64,000 bases of DNA from an uncultured Planctomycetaceae bacterium (GTDB taxonomy: Bacteria > Planctomycetota > Planctomycetia > Pirellulales > PALSA-1355). The notes beneath the pieces were generated by a model, which was not told the origin of the DNA, searched no databases, and was given only the letters and a program-made list of their open reading frames with translations. The DNA is taken from contig CAWAUV010000005.1 of the NCBI GenBank assembly GCA_963785305.1, forward strand, positions 224,001-288,000, read 5' to 3'. The first letter of the stretch is position 1. Every line of letters starts with the position of its first letter. Below are positions 63,793-64,000 of the stretch, in pieces. Position numbers and translations under genes: made by a program.

Positions 63793-64000
63793 GTGCGCCG
63801 GCGCGAAGCCGGAGGAGAGTCGCGAATGAAAGAGTCGCACGAGGCAAGGCCTAGCCAGCCACCTCGGCCTCGATTGATGCGTCGTGTCGGGCAACTGGCA
63901 GGGCGAAGCGTTCACAGAGGCACGGCCGGGCGGTGTATCGAGCTCCGAAAACATTCTTTTGTGGCGGCCGACCTTGTCCTGACCCCGTCGCTCGATTCAT
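63793..64000 (+). mobile_element. Group II intron copy 3 (5' end; runs off the window)
   Basis: GTGCGCCGGCGCGAAGCCGGAGGAGAG..., near-identical to the 5' ends of copies 1 and 2. Confidence 0.95.

Overview
GC-rich bacterial DNA, most likely a planctomycete (SHD1-domain protein, planctomycete-style Rhs proteins and repeats). It carries many single-base frameshifts that look like long-read consensus errors. Bases 1-39.7 kb are mostly ordinary chromosome: ynbABCD-like lipid operon, imuA-imuB, ATP-grasp protein, mqnD, rbsK, mlaEFD, GDSL hydrolase, rlmI-like methyltransferase, UbiA/DprE1-like pair, beta-helix protein, S46 peptidase, antiporter, amtB, EF-G paralogue, hisA, mannosyltransferase and a DHDPS-family enzyme, plus several tiny mobile relics. 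Bases 39.7-64 kb are a rearranged accessory region with IS630 and IS66 elements, three copies of one group II intron, four Rhs toxin/immunity modules and a 5'-truncated hyp (NiFe-hydrogenase maturation) block. The main observation is a 28-bp imperfect-hairpin site (AATCCAAAGGGGTCAGG^AGTCATTGATT) found five times. It heads co-directional Rhs toxin-immunity cassettes of about 2-3 kb. Its outer end abuts GAAC-like tetranucleotides where genes are cut. One copy sits in the promoter of a RAYT-like HUH (Y1) transposase gene that is too short for the ORF track. Three copies are occupied at the same nucleotide by a group II intron whose putative EBS1 loop is complementary to the site. My inference is an integron-like, HUH-driven toxin-cassette shuffling system parasitised by a site-specific retroelement. 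It is untested, and assembly artefacts need to be excluded with reads.
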